Assembly (NCBI GenBank): GCA_036479435.1
Contig: JAZGFI010000170.1
Coordinates: forward strand, 66,437 to 130,436
Reading direction: 5' to 3'
From: Planctomycetota bacterium
GTDB lineage: Bacteria > Planctomycetota > GCA-002687715 > DRQF01
DNA: 64,000 nt
Shown: positions 11,713 through 21,086 of the stretch, one piece after another
Numbering within the stretch: the first letter of the stretch is position 1
Layout of the letters: each line of letters begins with the position of its first letter
The notes under the pieces: generated by a model
What the model saw: the letters and a program-made list of their open reading frames with translations, nothing else
The model's database searches: none
What the model was told of the DNA's origin: nothing
Made by a program: the position numbers and the translations under genes

Positions 11713-12843
11713 ATGGCACGCATTTGTGTCGTTGTGGCCATCTTGGCCGTTATGGCGGTGACGCCAATTTGTGCTCAGCAAGCTAACTCGGCTACCGGTT
11801 CTTTGGACATCAATGGTTCAAGCAGTTCCGGTAGCGCACCCTTTGCGGCTACCGTTGAATTGCCAGGTCCGGTCGTGGGGACGGTTACCGGCAACGCCAA
11901 CATGCCGTTCATTCTGCTGGTCGCCGACGATCTCGATGTCGGCAACACCGTTTTTGACATAGGCCTCCAAATCGACCTCGGCTTGAATCAGACGGTCTTG
12001 GTAAACGGCTTGGACGGTTCCTTCGGCTCCTACTTCGCGAATACCGGGACCACGGGTTCGCGCGTCTTTCAGCTGTCCGTTCCGGGAGGCACCACGACCG
12101 GAAGCGTGCTGAGCGCGTTCCAAGTCGTCGTGGTGGACTTCACTTTGGCATCACCTTTCGTCAGCCTTACGGCTGCCACGTCCTTGACTTTTGCCAGCAA
12201 CAGCGGAGGCAATCATGCTCCGGTGGCGGACGCCGGGCTCAACCGTTTTGCAAACAGCAACGTTTGCGTCACGCTCGACGGCTCTGGCAGCACAGACTCG
12301 GATTCCGATCCGCTGTCCTACGCCTGGCTTCAGGTTGGCGGTACCGCGGTTACTTTGGACACCACTGACCCCGAGCTTCCGACCTTTATCGCGCCCTCGA
12401 CGGCGTCGGTCCTGACTTTTCAACTCACGGTTAACGACGGCGCCACCACGAGTGCGATCGCAGAGACGATTGTTGCAGTGCAAGTCGTCGCGGCGACGGT
12501 TTCCTTTGCCAGCGATGTCTACCCGATCTTCGGAGTCGGCGGACAAGGCTGCGACGGATGCCACACTGGCGTCGGTGCCGGTGGTGGCATGGAATTGGAT
12601 GGCACGCCCGCGCAGGTTCTAGCCATGATTCAGATGCAGGTTGACGATTCGACCCTCATGACGGGTATCAGCGGCCCCAGGGCGAACCCCTGTGATCCTG
12701 CGAACAGCCCGATCTTGCTGAAGCCTCTCGACATCGCCACCGGCGGCGTGGCGCACAGTGGCGGAATCTTGTTCGCCAACACGAGCGATCCCGACTACAT
12801 CACGATCTTGACCTGGCTCCAAGAAGGCGCCCAGGACAACTGA
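11713..12843 (+). CDS. Secreted protein with PKD/Ig-like domain and C-terminal mono-heme cytochrome c domain
   Basis: Signal peptide; NHAPVADAG..VTLDGSGSTDSDSDPLSYAW (PKD-like); CDGCH heme motif followed by SPILLKP..HSGG..WLQEGA. Confidence 0.75.
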   Translation: MARICVVVAILAVMAVTPICAQQANSATGSLDINGSSSSGSAPFAATVELPGPVVGTVTGNANMPFILLVADDLDVGNTVFDIGLQIDLGLNQTVLVNGLDGSFGSYFANTGTTGSRVFQLSVPGGTTTGSVLSAFQVVVVDFTLASPFVSLTAATSLTFASNSGGNHAPVADAGLNRFANSNVCVTLDGSGSTDSDSDPLSYAWLQVGGTAVTLDTTDPELPTFIAPSTASVLTFQLTVNDGATTSAIAETIVAVQVVAATVSFASDVYPIFGVGGQGCDGCHTGVGAGGGMELDGTPAQVLAMIQMQVDDSTLMTGISGPRANPCDPANSPILLKPLDIATGGVAHSGGILFANTSDPDYITILTWLQEGAQDN

Positions 12844-12895
12844 TCGAGCGATTGTAAGCGAACGATCACCTTGGCGATTGTTTGCAACGAATGCT

Positions 12896-12943
12896 AAAGA
12901 CAAGAGCCCCGCGACACTGACGTCGCGGGGCTCTTGTCTTTTT
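12896..12943. terminator. Bidirectional intrinsic terminator
   Basis: 20-bp stem aaagacaagagccccgcgac / gtcgcggggctcttgtcttt with 6-nt loop between convergent genes. Confidence 0.85.
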
Positions 12944-12952
12944 GGCCCTTGC

Positions 12953-14440
12953 CTACCTATTTGGGGCGACGCGCCGCGCGATCCAATCGGCAATGATCTC
13001 TAAGGCTTGCGGAGCAAATGTCTCTTGGATCGAACCGTACTCCGACGGCGTTCCCTTCTTTGCAGTTTGAAAAAGGTGGTTGAGGCCAGGCAGTTTGACC
13101 ATGGACCAATCCGTTGTTGGGGCGGAGGCCAATGCCTTGGCGATCTCTGGGAGGTTTTGGGCGGGAACGACCTCGGAGTCCAAAGACCCGCACATGACCA
13201 GAATCGGGCAGGGGATTGTTCTCAGCGCCTCGCGTGGATCGTAAGTAAGGTAAAAGCGGAACCAGGGCTCTAACAGCTGCCTCACTCGACGGCGGGCCAC
13301 TTCGCTTCGTTCAGTGGCCGATAGCCTTTCGAAATAACGAGAGTTCTTCAAGAGCTTGGCCAACAGGGTCATCATCGTGACGACGCTCTTGGGCGTGACC
13401 TTGTTTCCAATGAGCGTGTCGAGCATCTCCGTTTGGATGTCGACTTCAAATTGCAGAGCTTGGTCGGGAATTCCCTCGAGTTTCATGATGACCACGAGTC
13501 GACGATCCAAGATTTGGCGACCGTTGACGCCGGGTCCAGCCAAGTGAACGACAAAGGCCAGGGGCACTTGATTAGCCACCATCGTTGCGATCGTAGCGCC
13601 CGAGCTGTGACCCATAATGCCCACTTTGTTCGATTGGATCTCGGGCCGATTCTTCAGGTACTCCCAGGCGATTTTCGCGTCCTCGGCGCGGTCGCGGCCC
13701 GTAGCTCCTTTTTCGGGCACGGTGGTCTTTCCCACATCGCGACCGTCGTATCGAAGGGATGCGATACCGCGGCGCGCGAGGTCGTCAGCCAAGACTAGAT
13801 AGGGCCGGTGACCAGCCATTTTGTAGTCGCGGTCTGTCGCTTCGTTTCCGGTGACGAGAAGGACGGCAGGAAATGGGCCCTTGCCTTCGGGAAGAACGAG
13901 GCTGCCGGCAATGCTAGCCGTTTTCTTGGTGTTGCCGACAGGACGGTCGATTGTGATTTCCACAGATCGATAGGGGAAGGGGCCGGTCGGCGTTTGCGGG
14001 CGATTAAGTTGTGAAGCTTTTTTGACCCGCTTGAGGGTCAAAGGCAGGCGGAGTCCCTGTTGCCAGGTACCGCTGATCTTGGTTTCGTCGGCATTCAAGG
14101 TACCAGTAAACTTGGCGACAATGATCGGAAGCGAGATTTCGAATTGGCCGTTTTTGAAGCTAGTCCGCTTCACGGGAATACCCATCGCACCTTGGTCGAC
14201 ACTATCGAGTGTCGATCTGAGGACTCCCTTTTCGAATTTGACGTTGAGTCCCAGGCGAAACTTCATGCCGCTTACGGAGAGTGTTCCCTCCCACAGACCC
14301 ACGACAGCTGGGACTTTATCGCTACTAGCCCCGGATTCTTCACTTGAGCTTGGAGTTTTGTCTTGGCCCCAAAGCTGTAATGAGAGAAAAATGAGCGCCA
14401 TGAAAGCGAGCGACGTTGTCTTTTGGAGTGGCGATCGCAT
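12953..14440 (-). CDS. Secreted alpha/beta hydrolase
   Basis: Signal peptide; GHSSG nucleophile elbow, GSLDSEV (Asp), GLNHLFQ (His). Confidence 0.85.
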   Translation of the reverse strand: MRSPLQKTTSLAFMALIFLSLQLWGQDKTPSSSEESGASSDKVPAVVGLWEGTLSVSGMKFRLGLNVKFEKGVLRSTLDSVDQGAMGIPVKRTSFKNGQFEISLPIIVAKFTGTLNADETKISGTWQQGLRLPLTLKRVKKASQLNRPQTPTGPFPYRSVEITIDRPVGNTKKTASIAGSLVLPEGKGPFPAVLLVTGNEATDRDYKMAGHRPYLVLADDLARRGIASLRYDGRDVGKTTVPEKGATGRDRAEDAKIAWEYLKNRPEIQSNKVGIMGHSSGATIATMVANQVPLAFVVHLAGPGVNGRQILDRRLVVIMKLEGIPDQALQFEVDIQTEMLDTLIGNKVTPKSVVTMMTLLAKLLKNSRYFERLSATERSEVARRRVRQLLEPWFRFYLTYDPREALRTIPCPILVMCGSLDSEVVPAQNLPEIAKALASAPTTDWSMVKLPGLNHLFQTAKKGTPSEYGSIQETFAPQALEIIADWIARRVAPNR

Positions 14441-14645
14441 GGCGTTGCTGTGGTCTCTGATGGGTCTACTGTCTCTGCTCCGCCTTTGGAGGCTGCGTGA
14501 CAATAAACGCGGATTCCCCGGTCTGCATAGAGTTGCTTCGGGGCTTTTTCTTCGAAATAGCTGGGGAATAGTCGCCCTGTGGTCTTGACTTGCACCCCAC
14601 ATCAGCGACCATCACAACGGCAAAGAAATTCAAAGGAAGATAAAC

Positions 14646-14903
14646 ATGGCTCAAAGTGACGTTGCGGGTAAGAAACTGGCGGCGGGCATCTGTGGAATCC
14701 TCATTGGTTCCTTGGGGATTCACAAGTTCGTGCTCGGTTACACCAAAGAGGGTCTCATCTTGCTGTTGGCTACGGTCTTGACCTGTGGCTTCGGTGGTAT
14801 GGTCACCTGGATCATCGGTCTCGTCGAAGGCATCATCTACCTGACGAAATCAGACGACGAATTCGAAGCAACCTATATCAAGGGCAGCAAGCCCTGGTTC
14901 TAA
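14646..14903 (+). CDS. TM2-domain protein
   Basis: KKLAAGICGILIGSLGIHKFVLGY...EGIIYLTKSDDEF. Confidence 0.92.
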   Translation: MAQSDVAGKKLAAGICGILIGSLGIHKFVLGYTKEGLILLLATVLTCGFGGMVTWIIGLVEGIIYLTKSDDEFEATYIKGSKPWF

Positions 14904-14917
14904 AGAACAAATGACCG

Positions 14918-14992
14918 TTTTGTGCCAGGCACCACGCCGTCACTATTTCGTGCCAGGCACGAAATAGTGACGGCGTGGTGCCTGGCACAAAA
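14918..14992. repeat. Perfect 75-bp palindrome containing three GTGCCWGGCAC units (REP-like)
   Basis: 37-bp arms 14918-14954 and 14956-14992 are exact reverse complements around a 1-nt centre. Confidence 0.9.
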
Positions 14993-15023
14993 TAAGCACG
15001 GTGCCGACCGGGCACCGCGGGGG

Positions 15024-15464
15024 TCAGATGATTTGGATGTTGCGTGGCTTGGCGGCCTCCGCTTTGGGCAGGGTAATCGTCAGGACTCCTCGGTCCATGC
15101 CCGCCTCTACTGCTTCGCCATTTAGCGGCGTTACGAAGCGCAGGCTCTCCTCAAAAGTCAGAGGTGGACGATCGCGCCGATACCAGCGCGTCTCGGCGGC
15201 GTCTGCTTGCTTGGGGTCCGACATCTGTTGCGCAGGCTTCACTTCGATCTTCAGCGTTTTTTCGTGTAGCGACAACTTGACGTCTTGCATGTCGACGCCG
15301 GGAAGGTCGATCACGACGCCGTAGGCATCGTCGGTTTCAAAAACGTCCATTGGAACAGAATGGGTCTGGCGCGGGGTTGCCGGCCGAAAGAGGCCACCAA
15401 AGAAGTCGTTGATTTCTTGATCGAGGGTCTTCGGGGCGCTGGGGTTGGCTTGATTTTGCGACAT
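15024..15464 (-). CDS. Small heat-shock protein, Hsp20/alpha-crystallin family
   Basis: PMDVFET..IDLPGV, GVLTITLPK, C-terminal IQI motif; AGGAG RBS. Confidence 0.92.
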   Translation of the reverse strand: MSQNQANPSAPKTLDQEINDFFGGLFRPATPRQTHSVPMDVFETDDAYGVVIDLPGVDMQDVKLSLHEKTLKIEVKPAQQMSDPKQADAAETRWYRRDRPPLTFEESLRFVTPLNGEAVEAGMDRGVLTITLPKAEAAKPRNIQII

Positions 15465-15502
15465 GGTCGTTCTCCTTTTTTGCGTTTCGACACTCTCCTT
15501 TC

Positions 15503-15517
15503 GCAGACGGGGTGCCA
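15503..15517 (-). promoter_or_regulatory. Putative sigma54 -24/-12 promoter of hsp20
   Basis: TGGCACCCCGTCTGC versus consensus TGGCAC-N5-TTGC, ~40 nt upstream of ATG. Confidence 0.65.
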
Positions 15518-15614
15518 AGGGCGGCAACTCTCACCTGAAGTTTCCATCCTTCGCTCCCGGCAGAGCTTAGGGCCGATGGGAGTTTTGGGGCCGTCAGGGC
15601 TCAGCCCTTGGTAT

Positions 15615-15650
15615 TGCCAAGCTGGCAGTCCTCGTTCTGACATCATTTCA
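15615..15650. promoter_or_regulatory. Two TGMCA-N3-TGKCA-like boxes (putative activator sites)
   Basis: TGCCA-AGC-TGGCA (15615-15627) and TGACA-TCA-TTTCA (15638-15650); same motif recurs upstream of groEL. Confidence 0.55.
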
Positions 15651-15712
15651 TGTGGCGTAGAGGATTAGAGCCAAGGCTTGATGAAATGGGAGGCGTGGGC
15701 GAGGATCTCGCG

Positions 15713-17173
15713 ATGGACAAATCCCAGGTCATCATCACTACGCTCATCGTCTACAAGATCGTTCTCATTGCGATTGGGTTCATTGCCGAGCGCCGCAACA
15801 AAGACGCTTCCGACTTCTTTTTGGGTGGTCGCGGCCTCGGGCCCGTGGTCGCCGCGATCTCGGCTTCGGCGAGTTCTTCCTCGGCTTGGACGCTTTTGGG
15901 CGCGACCGGATTCGCGTATTCCAAAGGCCTTGCCGCCTTGTGGTTATTCCCCGCTTGCGTCGGTGGCTTCGTGATCAACTGGTACTTGTTAGCGCCCGCC
16001 ATTCGAAAGTTCTCCGGGGCGCAAGATGCCGTAACGGTGACGGATGTCTTAGCGGGTCGTCCGGGAAGAGAGGGCTACACCTTAGTACGCCGCATCGCGG
16101 CGTTCATCGTCTTGGTGTTTTTCAGTTTTTACGTCGCCGCCCAGTTCAAGGCGGCGGGAACGGCTTTCGAGGGAGTGTTCGACACTTCCTTTACGGCAAG
16201 CGTCATCATCGGCGGGAGCATCGTGGTGTTCTACACCCTGATGGGTGGTTTTTGGGCGGTGAGTATCACGGACACTCTTCAGGGACTTTTGATGGCGATT
16301 ACCGCGATCGTTCTGCCGTGGATTGCCTTTTACAAACTGGGGTACTCAGGTCTGACAGAGGGGCTTCAGGCTGTTGGAGAAACGGGATTCCTCGATCTCA
16401 GCTCTGGATTTGAAGGCCCTGCTGCTTTCGGTTTTGTGTTGGGCTTATTGGGCATCGGCCTTGGATACCCGGGGCAACCGCACGTCGTCAATCGATTCTT
16501 GGCCCTCAAAAAAGGCGAGCAGCACTTGGCGCAGGCGCGGTGCATTGCCGTGGCCTGGTCGGCTGTCGTCTACGTCGGAGTGATCTTGCTCGGGCTTTGC
16601 GGCCGAGTGCTTTATCCTTCCCTTGGGAATGGTGAGACCATCTTTTTTGTCGCCGCCGACGGTCTCATGCACCCGATCTTGGCTGGGTTGATGGTGGCAG
16701 CGGTCCTCTCGGCCATCATGTCGACGGCGGACAGTCAGTTACTGGTAGCCGCAAGCGCCGTCACTCACGATCTTGAGTGCGGCGGAAACAACAATCGCAC
16801 GCGGCTGTTTCGGTCGCGCTTGACGATCGTGGTGATTTCCATGGTGGCGATGCTCATCGCGATGCAACGCGACTCCACGATCTTTGACAAGGTTTTGTTC
16901 GCCTGGTCTGCCATGGGGGCGGCTTTCGGCCCGCTGCTTTTGGTGTCGGTCTTGAAAGGCCCGGTGAAGGGTCGTCGAACTGCGTTGGCCATGCTGACCG
17001 GTTTTGGATTGGTTGTCTTGAACGAGCTGTTGAAAACTACCGACTTCTACTCGGGCAACACGGCCGGTTGGGCGGGATTCGGCGAACGCATCATTCCTTT
17101 CTTTACGGCTCTCGCGGTGGTTTTGGCTCCGGGCGGACAAGAGACTTCTGACTCTCGGTGGTCCAGCGGTTGA
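15713..17173 (+). CDS. putP: Sodium/proline symporter-like SSS transporter
   Basis: DFFLGGR, SAWTLLG, GGFWAVSITDTLQG, LGYPGQPH, SAIMSTADSQLL. Confidence 0.85.
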   Translation: MDKSQVIITTLIVYKIVLIAIGFIAERRNKDASDFFLGGRGLGPVVAAISASASSSSAWTLLGATGFAYSKGLAALWLFPACVGGFVINWYLLAPAIRKFSGAQDAVTVTDVLAGRPGREGYTLVRRIAAFIVLVFFSFYVAAQFKAAGTAFEGVFDTSFTASVIIGGSIVVFYTLMGGFWAVSITDTLQGLLMAITAIVLPWIAFYKLGYSGLTEGLQAVGETGFLDLSSGFEGPAAFGFVLGLLGIGLGYPGQPHVVNRFLALKKGEQHLAQARCIAVAWSAVVYVGVILLGLCGRVLYPSLGNGETIFFVAADGLMHPILAGLMVAAVLSAIMSTADSQLLVAASAVTHDLECGGNNNRTRLFRSRLTIVVISMVAMLIAMQRDSTIFDKVLFAWSAMGAAFGPLLLVSVLKGPVKGRRTALAMLTGFGLVVLNELLKTTDFYSGNTAGWAGFGERIIPFFTALAVVLAPGGQETSDSRWSSG

Positions 17174-17384
17174 AGAACGGGCTTTCCGTCGAGCACCGGT
17201 GACGAACTCCGCGCCGTGAAGCGCTACCTGCGGGAGCGCGACAGCAAGTTGCCGTGGCTAGCGCCATAACTCTTTTTGGGGACTGTAGTAGGCTAGCCGC
17301 CACGCGTAGACAGAAACCTCTTTTTGGCAAGAATGCTGATTTACTGTTATCTTGATAGTCGGTAATACAACCAAGGAGATTCCA

Positions 17385-17615
17385 ATGCAAGAACGCGTCA
17401 CCATCAACGACCGTGGCGTGGTCACCATCCCCGCCGCCATGCGCCGCGCCTTCGGCTTGAAGGCTGGCGCAGAACTCATCGCTGAAGAGACCCCGGAAGG
17501 TATCCTCCTGCGACCCTCCATCAGTGTGCCGATCGAGATTTATACCGAAGAGCGCATCGCTGAATTCGCCTCCGACGAGGATGAGATCGCCAAGCTTCTT
17601 CCAGAGATCAAGTGA
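17385..17615 (+). CDS. AbrB/MazE-family antitoxin
   Basis: INDRGVVTIPAAMRRAFGL..G..EGILLRP; acidic tail; AAGGAG RBS. Confidence 0.88.
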   Translation: MQERVTINDRGVVTIPAAMRRAFGLKAGAELIAEETPEGILLRPSISVPIEIYTEERIAEFASDEDEIAKLLPEIK

Positions 17616-18046
17616 TCTCGATGCGGGTCTTTCTTGATGCCAATGTTCTGTTTTCAGCAAGCCATCCTGACAGCGTTTTAGCTCAGTTGATTGCTGTGGC
17701 CATTCGGCATGCAGATGTTCTCACGAGCGATGTCGCGTGTGGAGAAGCGCGCCGAAACCTCTCGCTCAAGAGGCCCGCATGGGCCACGTCGTTCGAGCTT
17801 TTGGTTGAACAGCTTGAGATTGTCCCAACCGCCGTGTTTCAGCTTCCGGTGACGCTTTCCCAAAAAGACATACCACTCCTTTGTGCCGCGATCCGATCAG
17901 AGAGCCATTATTTCGTTACCGGCGATATCAAGGATTTCGGCCACCTCTTCGACATGATCGTCCATGGGACCACTGTCATTACGCCATTGAGATTGACTCA
18001 GATCCTGAGAGATAAATCACATCGAGAAGATCAGGAGAACGCATGA
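17612..18046 (+). CDS. PIN-domain toxin (VapC-like)
   Basis: VFLDANVLFS, EARRNL, KDIPLL, FVTGDIKDF; overlaps antitoxin stop. Confidence 0.88.
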   Translation: MISMRVFLDANVLFSASHPDSVLAQLIAVAIRHADVLTSDVACGEARRNLSLKRPAWATSFELLVEQLEIVPTAVFQLPVTLSQKDIPLLCAAIRSESHYFVTGDIKDFGHLFDMIVHGTTVITPLRLTQILRDKSHREDQENA

Positions 18047-18158
18047 AAGGTTTCGTTTGGCTGTTGTTGGCCTTGTAGTCGTCAGCAAATAGCCAATCGA
18101 AATGGGCCCTTCGGCGTGTTTTGGGAAGACCGCTTAGGTTGGGTCGCTGGATTCAGAA

Positions 18159-19049
18159 CTAATCCCTAGCGAAGTTCCGCGGCGACGTTTCAATCAGCGC
18201 ATCGAGAAGCGGATTCTCGGGAGTATCGCGGCGCCAAGCCATTTGAAGCGGGAAGGACCGGAAGGGCTTGGTCAGCGCTTTCGATAAGAGATCTCTCCCC
18301 TTGGGACCGCCCTTCAAGACCCAAGGGACTAGTGAATAGCCGAGACCGCTCTCCACAAAGCCAAGAATCGTCTCGGCCGAACCAGCGGTCACGGTGCGCG
18401 GTGGCTCAACCCCGTGGGCGCGCAAACCCTCCATTTGGATATCGAACAACTGCGAGTCGCGGTGATATCCCACGAAGGGCTCGTCGGCGAGATCCTTAAT
18501 GCTCAGGTTCTTCTTTTTGGCGGCGGGGTGCCTCGAAGGCAGCACCAAGTAGGGCAGTGCTTCCCCGACTTTTTCGGCCGCCAAGTCGTCCGGAAGATCG
18601 TCGAACCAAGCGACTAAGACATCGACTTCGCCGCGCTGCAACAAGCTGGGGTCGGGATGGAGGATCTCTTTTAGATCCAAGCGCGCATCGGGGCGCTTTT
18701 TTTGAAACCGACGAAGCCAAGCTGGCATGAGTTGGCGCAAGAGCAAGGCTTCCGAGCCGATGATGAGCTCGCCGCCGATTTCACCGGCGCGAATCTGCCG
18801 CAGGAGGGGCGGCATCTTTTCGTAGAAGGGGGCGCAGAAGTCAAAAAGCGCTTGCCCCGCGGGAGTCAATCCGAGCTGGTCTTTGCCCAGACGCTCAAAA
18901 AGGGCCATTCCGAGCTCGCCCTCGAGCTTTTTGACCTGTTGGTGCACGGCAGGCTGCGTGATGGGGTAGGGAAAGGCGCGCGCGGCTCGGGCGTAGCCAC
19001 GAGTCTTCGCAACCCAGTAGAATCCTTCCAGCCGGTGAACTTGAATCAT
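18159..19049 (-). CDS. LysR-family transcriptional regulator
   Basis: ITQPAVHQQVKKLEGELGMALFER HTH plus substrate-binding domain. Confidence 0.92.
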   Translation of the reverse strand: MIQVHRLEGFYWVAKTRGYARAARAFPYPITQPAVHQQVKKLEGELGMALFERLGKDQLGLTPAGQALFDFCAPFYEKMPPLLRQIRAGEIGGELIIGSEALLLRQLMPAWLRRFQKKRPDARLDLKEILHPDPSLLQRGEVDVLVAWFDDLPDDLAAEKVGEALPYLVLPSRHPAAKKKNLSIKDLADEPFVGYHRDSQLFDIQMEGLRAHGVEPPRTVTAGSAETILGFVESGLGYSLVPWVLKGGPKGRDLLSKALTKPFRSFPLQMAWRRDTPENPLLDALIETSPRNFARD

Positions 19050-19146
19050 GAGCCCCTCCCGTTCAGGTCACGGGCCGATCGTACCAGGGCCTTCCGAGGC
19101 TGTGGAGATGCCGAAGGACGAGATCGCTTAGGAAGAACACGCCAGG

Positions 19147-19857
19147 ATGAAGACCTTCGAAGCATTTGGACTCACGCATGCCAACGCCGTTGTCGTGGCT
19201 TTGCTGGCCTGGGCCTGGGTTCTATGGCGCTCCCGAGGATTGCAGGGTGAGCCCGAGGTTCGCTTTCGGCGGAGGTTGGCGATCTTTGTCATCGCCACGA
19301 ATCTTTCGATTCAGATCTACCGTCTTTTGCCTTCGATTTGGAATGTCGACGCGTCCTTGCCGCTTCACCTGTGTGACTTTGCCTGGATGGCCGCAATCTG
19401 GGCTTTGTGGACGCGCCAGCGCTTACCGCAAGCCCTGGTCTACTTTTGGGGTTTTGGATTGTCGTGGCAGGCCTTTTTGACGCCGACTTTGGACGACGGC
19501 CCGGCGCATCCCTACTTTTGGGCCTTTTGGTGCTTGCACTGGCAGATCGTGGCGACCGCACTGCTGGTAGTTTTACGCTATCAGTTTCGCCCCGACTGGC
19601 GTGACTTTGCGCGGACGGTTGGCGTGACGGCATTTCTTTTCTTCGGAGTCCTCGGCCTCAACCTTTGGCTCGACACTCCTTACTTCTTCAACGCCCCGGG
19701 GAACTCGGTCGACGGTACTCCCATCGCCTTACTTGGCGACTGGCCGCTGCGCTTGTTGTGGCTAGCGGTCATCGTGATTGGGCTTTTTGCGCTCATGACC
19801 CTGCCCTGGCGTTTTTTGGCGCGCCGCGCCCGCGTCGCCGAAAGTAGAACCCCGTAA
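19147..19857 (+). CDS. YwaF/TIGR02206-like integral membrane protein
   Basis: LPLHLCD, QAFLTP, FWCLH, LLGDWP motifs. Confidence 0.8.
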   Translation: MKTFEAFGLTHANAVVVALLAWAWVLWRSRGLQGEPEVRFRRRLAIFVIATNLSIQIYRLLPSIWNVDASLPLHLCDFAWMAAIWALWTRQRLPQALVYFWGFGLSWQAFLTPTLDDGPAHPYFWAFWCLHWQIVATALLVVLRYQFRPDWRDFARTVGVTAFLFFGVLGLNLWLDTPYFFNAPGNSVDGTPIALLGDWPLRLLWLAVIVIGLFALMTLPWRFLARRARVAESRTP

Positions 19858-21028
19858 GCGACAGCAATCCCACGACTACCGCAATGACAAAAAAGAGCTG
19901 GCGAAAACCGGCAAGGTTGAGCAAGTATCCGCCACTCACTGAGCCCAAAGCATGCGCCATCGCGAAGGCCATGAAGACAATCCCCATCGCCGCGCCGCGC
20001 TTGTCGCGCGGCGATTCTCGGCCCGCCATGGCGAACCCGGCGGGGAAGACCCCCGACAAAAAAGCCCCCGCCATCGCACGAAGAAAGAGCAATTGCCAGG
20101 GGCTCGTGGCCAGCCCCTGTAGGCCGTAGGCCACCGCGACCCCGAGCGCCGACAACACAAAGGTCCGCGACGGTCCCTCGCGATCGCTGAACCTCCCCCA
20201 GATCGGCATCATGATCAAGACCATGAGGGCTTGAACGCTCATGACAATGCCGGCGAATTGCTTGTCGCCACCCAACTCCACCACAAAGCGCGCGTAGCTC
20301 GGATCTACGGTGGAAACCAAAAATCGGACGATGATGAGCGCCATCAACAGCTTCATGAGGTTGGGCAAATGGAGGACGAAGATGGCGTTGTTCCAAATGC
20401 CTCGCATGATCTCGACCGGGCCGCGGGCCGCGCTGAGGGCGCCGTCTTCAGGCTCTTTGGTGAAAAAGAGCACCGCGAAAAAGGCCACCCCGGATAAGAC
20501 GGAACAGATCGGGAAGATCCAGCGGATGAGCCCCGCTTCGCTAAGAAAACCTCCGAGTAGATAGCCTCCCACCATGCCCGCGGGCATAGCGCTTTGCAGC
20601 CGGGCTGCCACCTGGCCTTGAACGGTCTGAGGAGCGATGACCGAAGCGAAGGTGATGGATGTCGGAATGTAGCCGGAAAAAGCTCCCTGCATCACGCGCA
20701 GTGCGAGCATCGTCCAGACCGAAGTGGCGAAACTCATCAAACCGACGAAGATCACGATGGCTCCCATGGCGCGCAAGACCATGACTTTGCGGCCGAAGCG
20801 ATCGCTGAGCCCACCCCAGATCGGACCCAGCAACGCGGCCACAATAGGCGCCGCGCCGACCAGCACCCCGGCCCAGAGGTTGCGGAGATGGGGTTCGTGA
20901 ATGCCGAGCTCTTCGACGAAAAAGGTCAAAAACGGCACCATCGCCATCATGCCGGTGGCGGTAGTGAGGTTCGCAAAAAACAGCACCCGAACTGTCTTTT
21001 CCCATTCGGGTTTGCTGCGGTGCGTCAT
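19793..21028 (-). CDS. MFS transporter (MdtG-like)
   Basis: PIWGGLSDRFGRKVMVLR motif A; 12-TM pattern. Confidence 0.9.
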   Translation of the reverse strand: MTHRSKPEWEKTVRVLFFANLTTATGMMAMVPFLTFFVEELGIHEPHLRNLWAGVLVGAAPIVAALLGPIWGGLSDRFGRKVMVLRAMGAIVIFVGLMSFATSVWTMLALRVMQGAFSGYIPTSITFASVIAPQTVQGQVAARLQSAMPAGMVGGYLLGGFLSEAGLIRWIFPICSVLSGVAFFAVLFFTKEPEDGALSAARGPVEIMRGIWNNAIFVLHLPNLMKLLMALIIVRFLVSTVDPSYARFVVELGGDKQFAGIVMSVQALMVLIMMPIWGRFSDREGPSRTFVLSALGVAVAYGLQGLATSPWQLLFLRAMAGAFLSGVFPAGFAMAGRESPRDKRGAAMGIVFMAFAMAHALGSVSGGYLLNLAGFRQLFFVIAVVVGLLSLTGFYFRRRGRGAPKNARAGS

Positions 21029-21086
21029 GCGGGATAGTAGCGAGCGAGTCTTGATTTGAAAGGAAGCCTCTTGACGAAAGCGGGCC

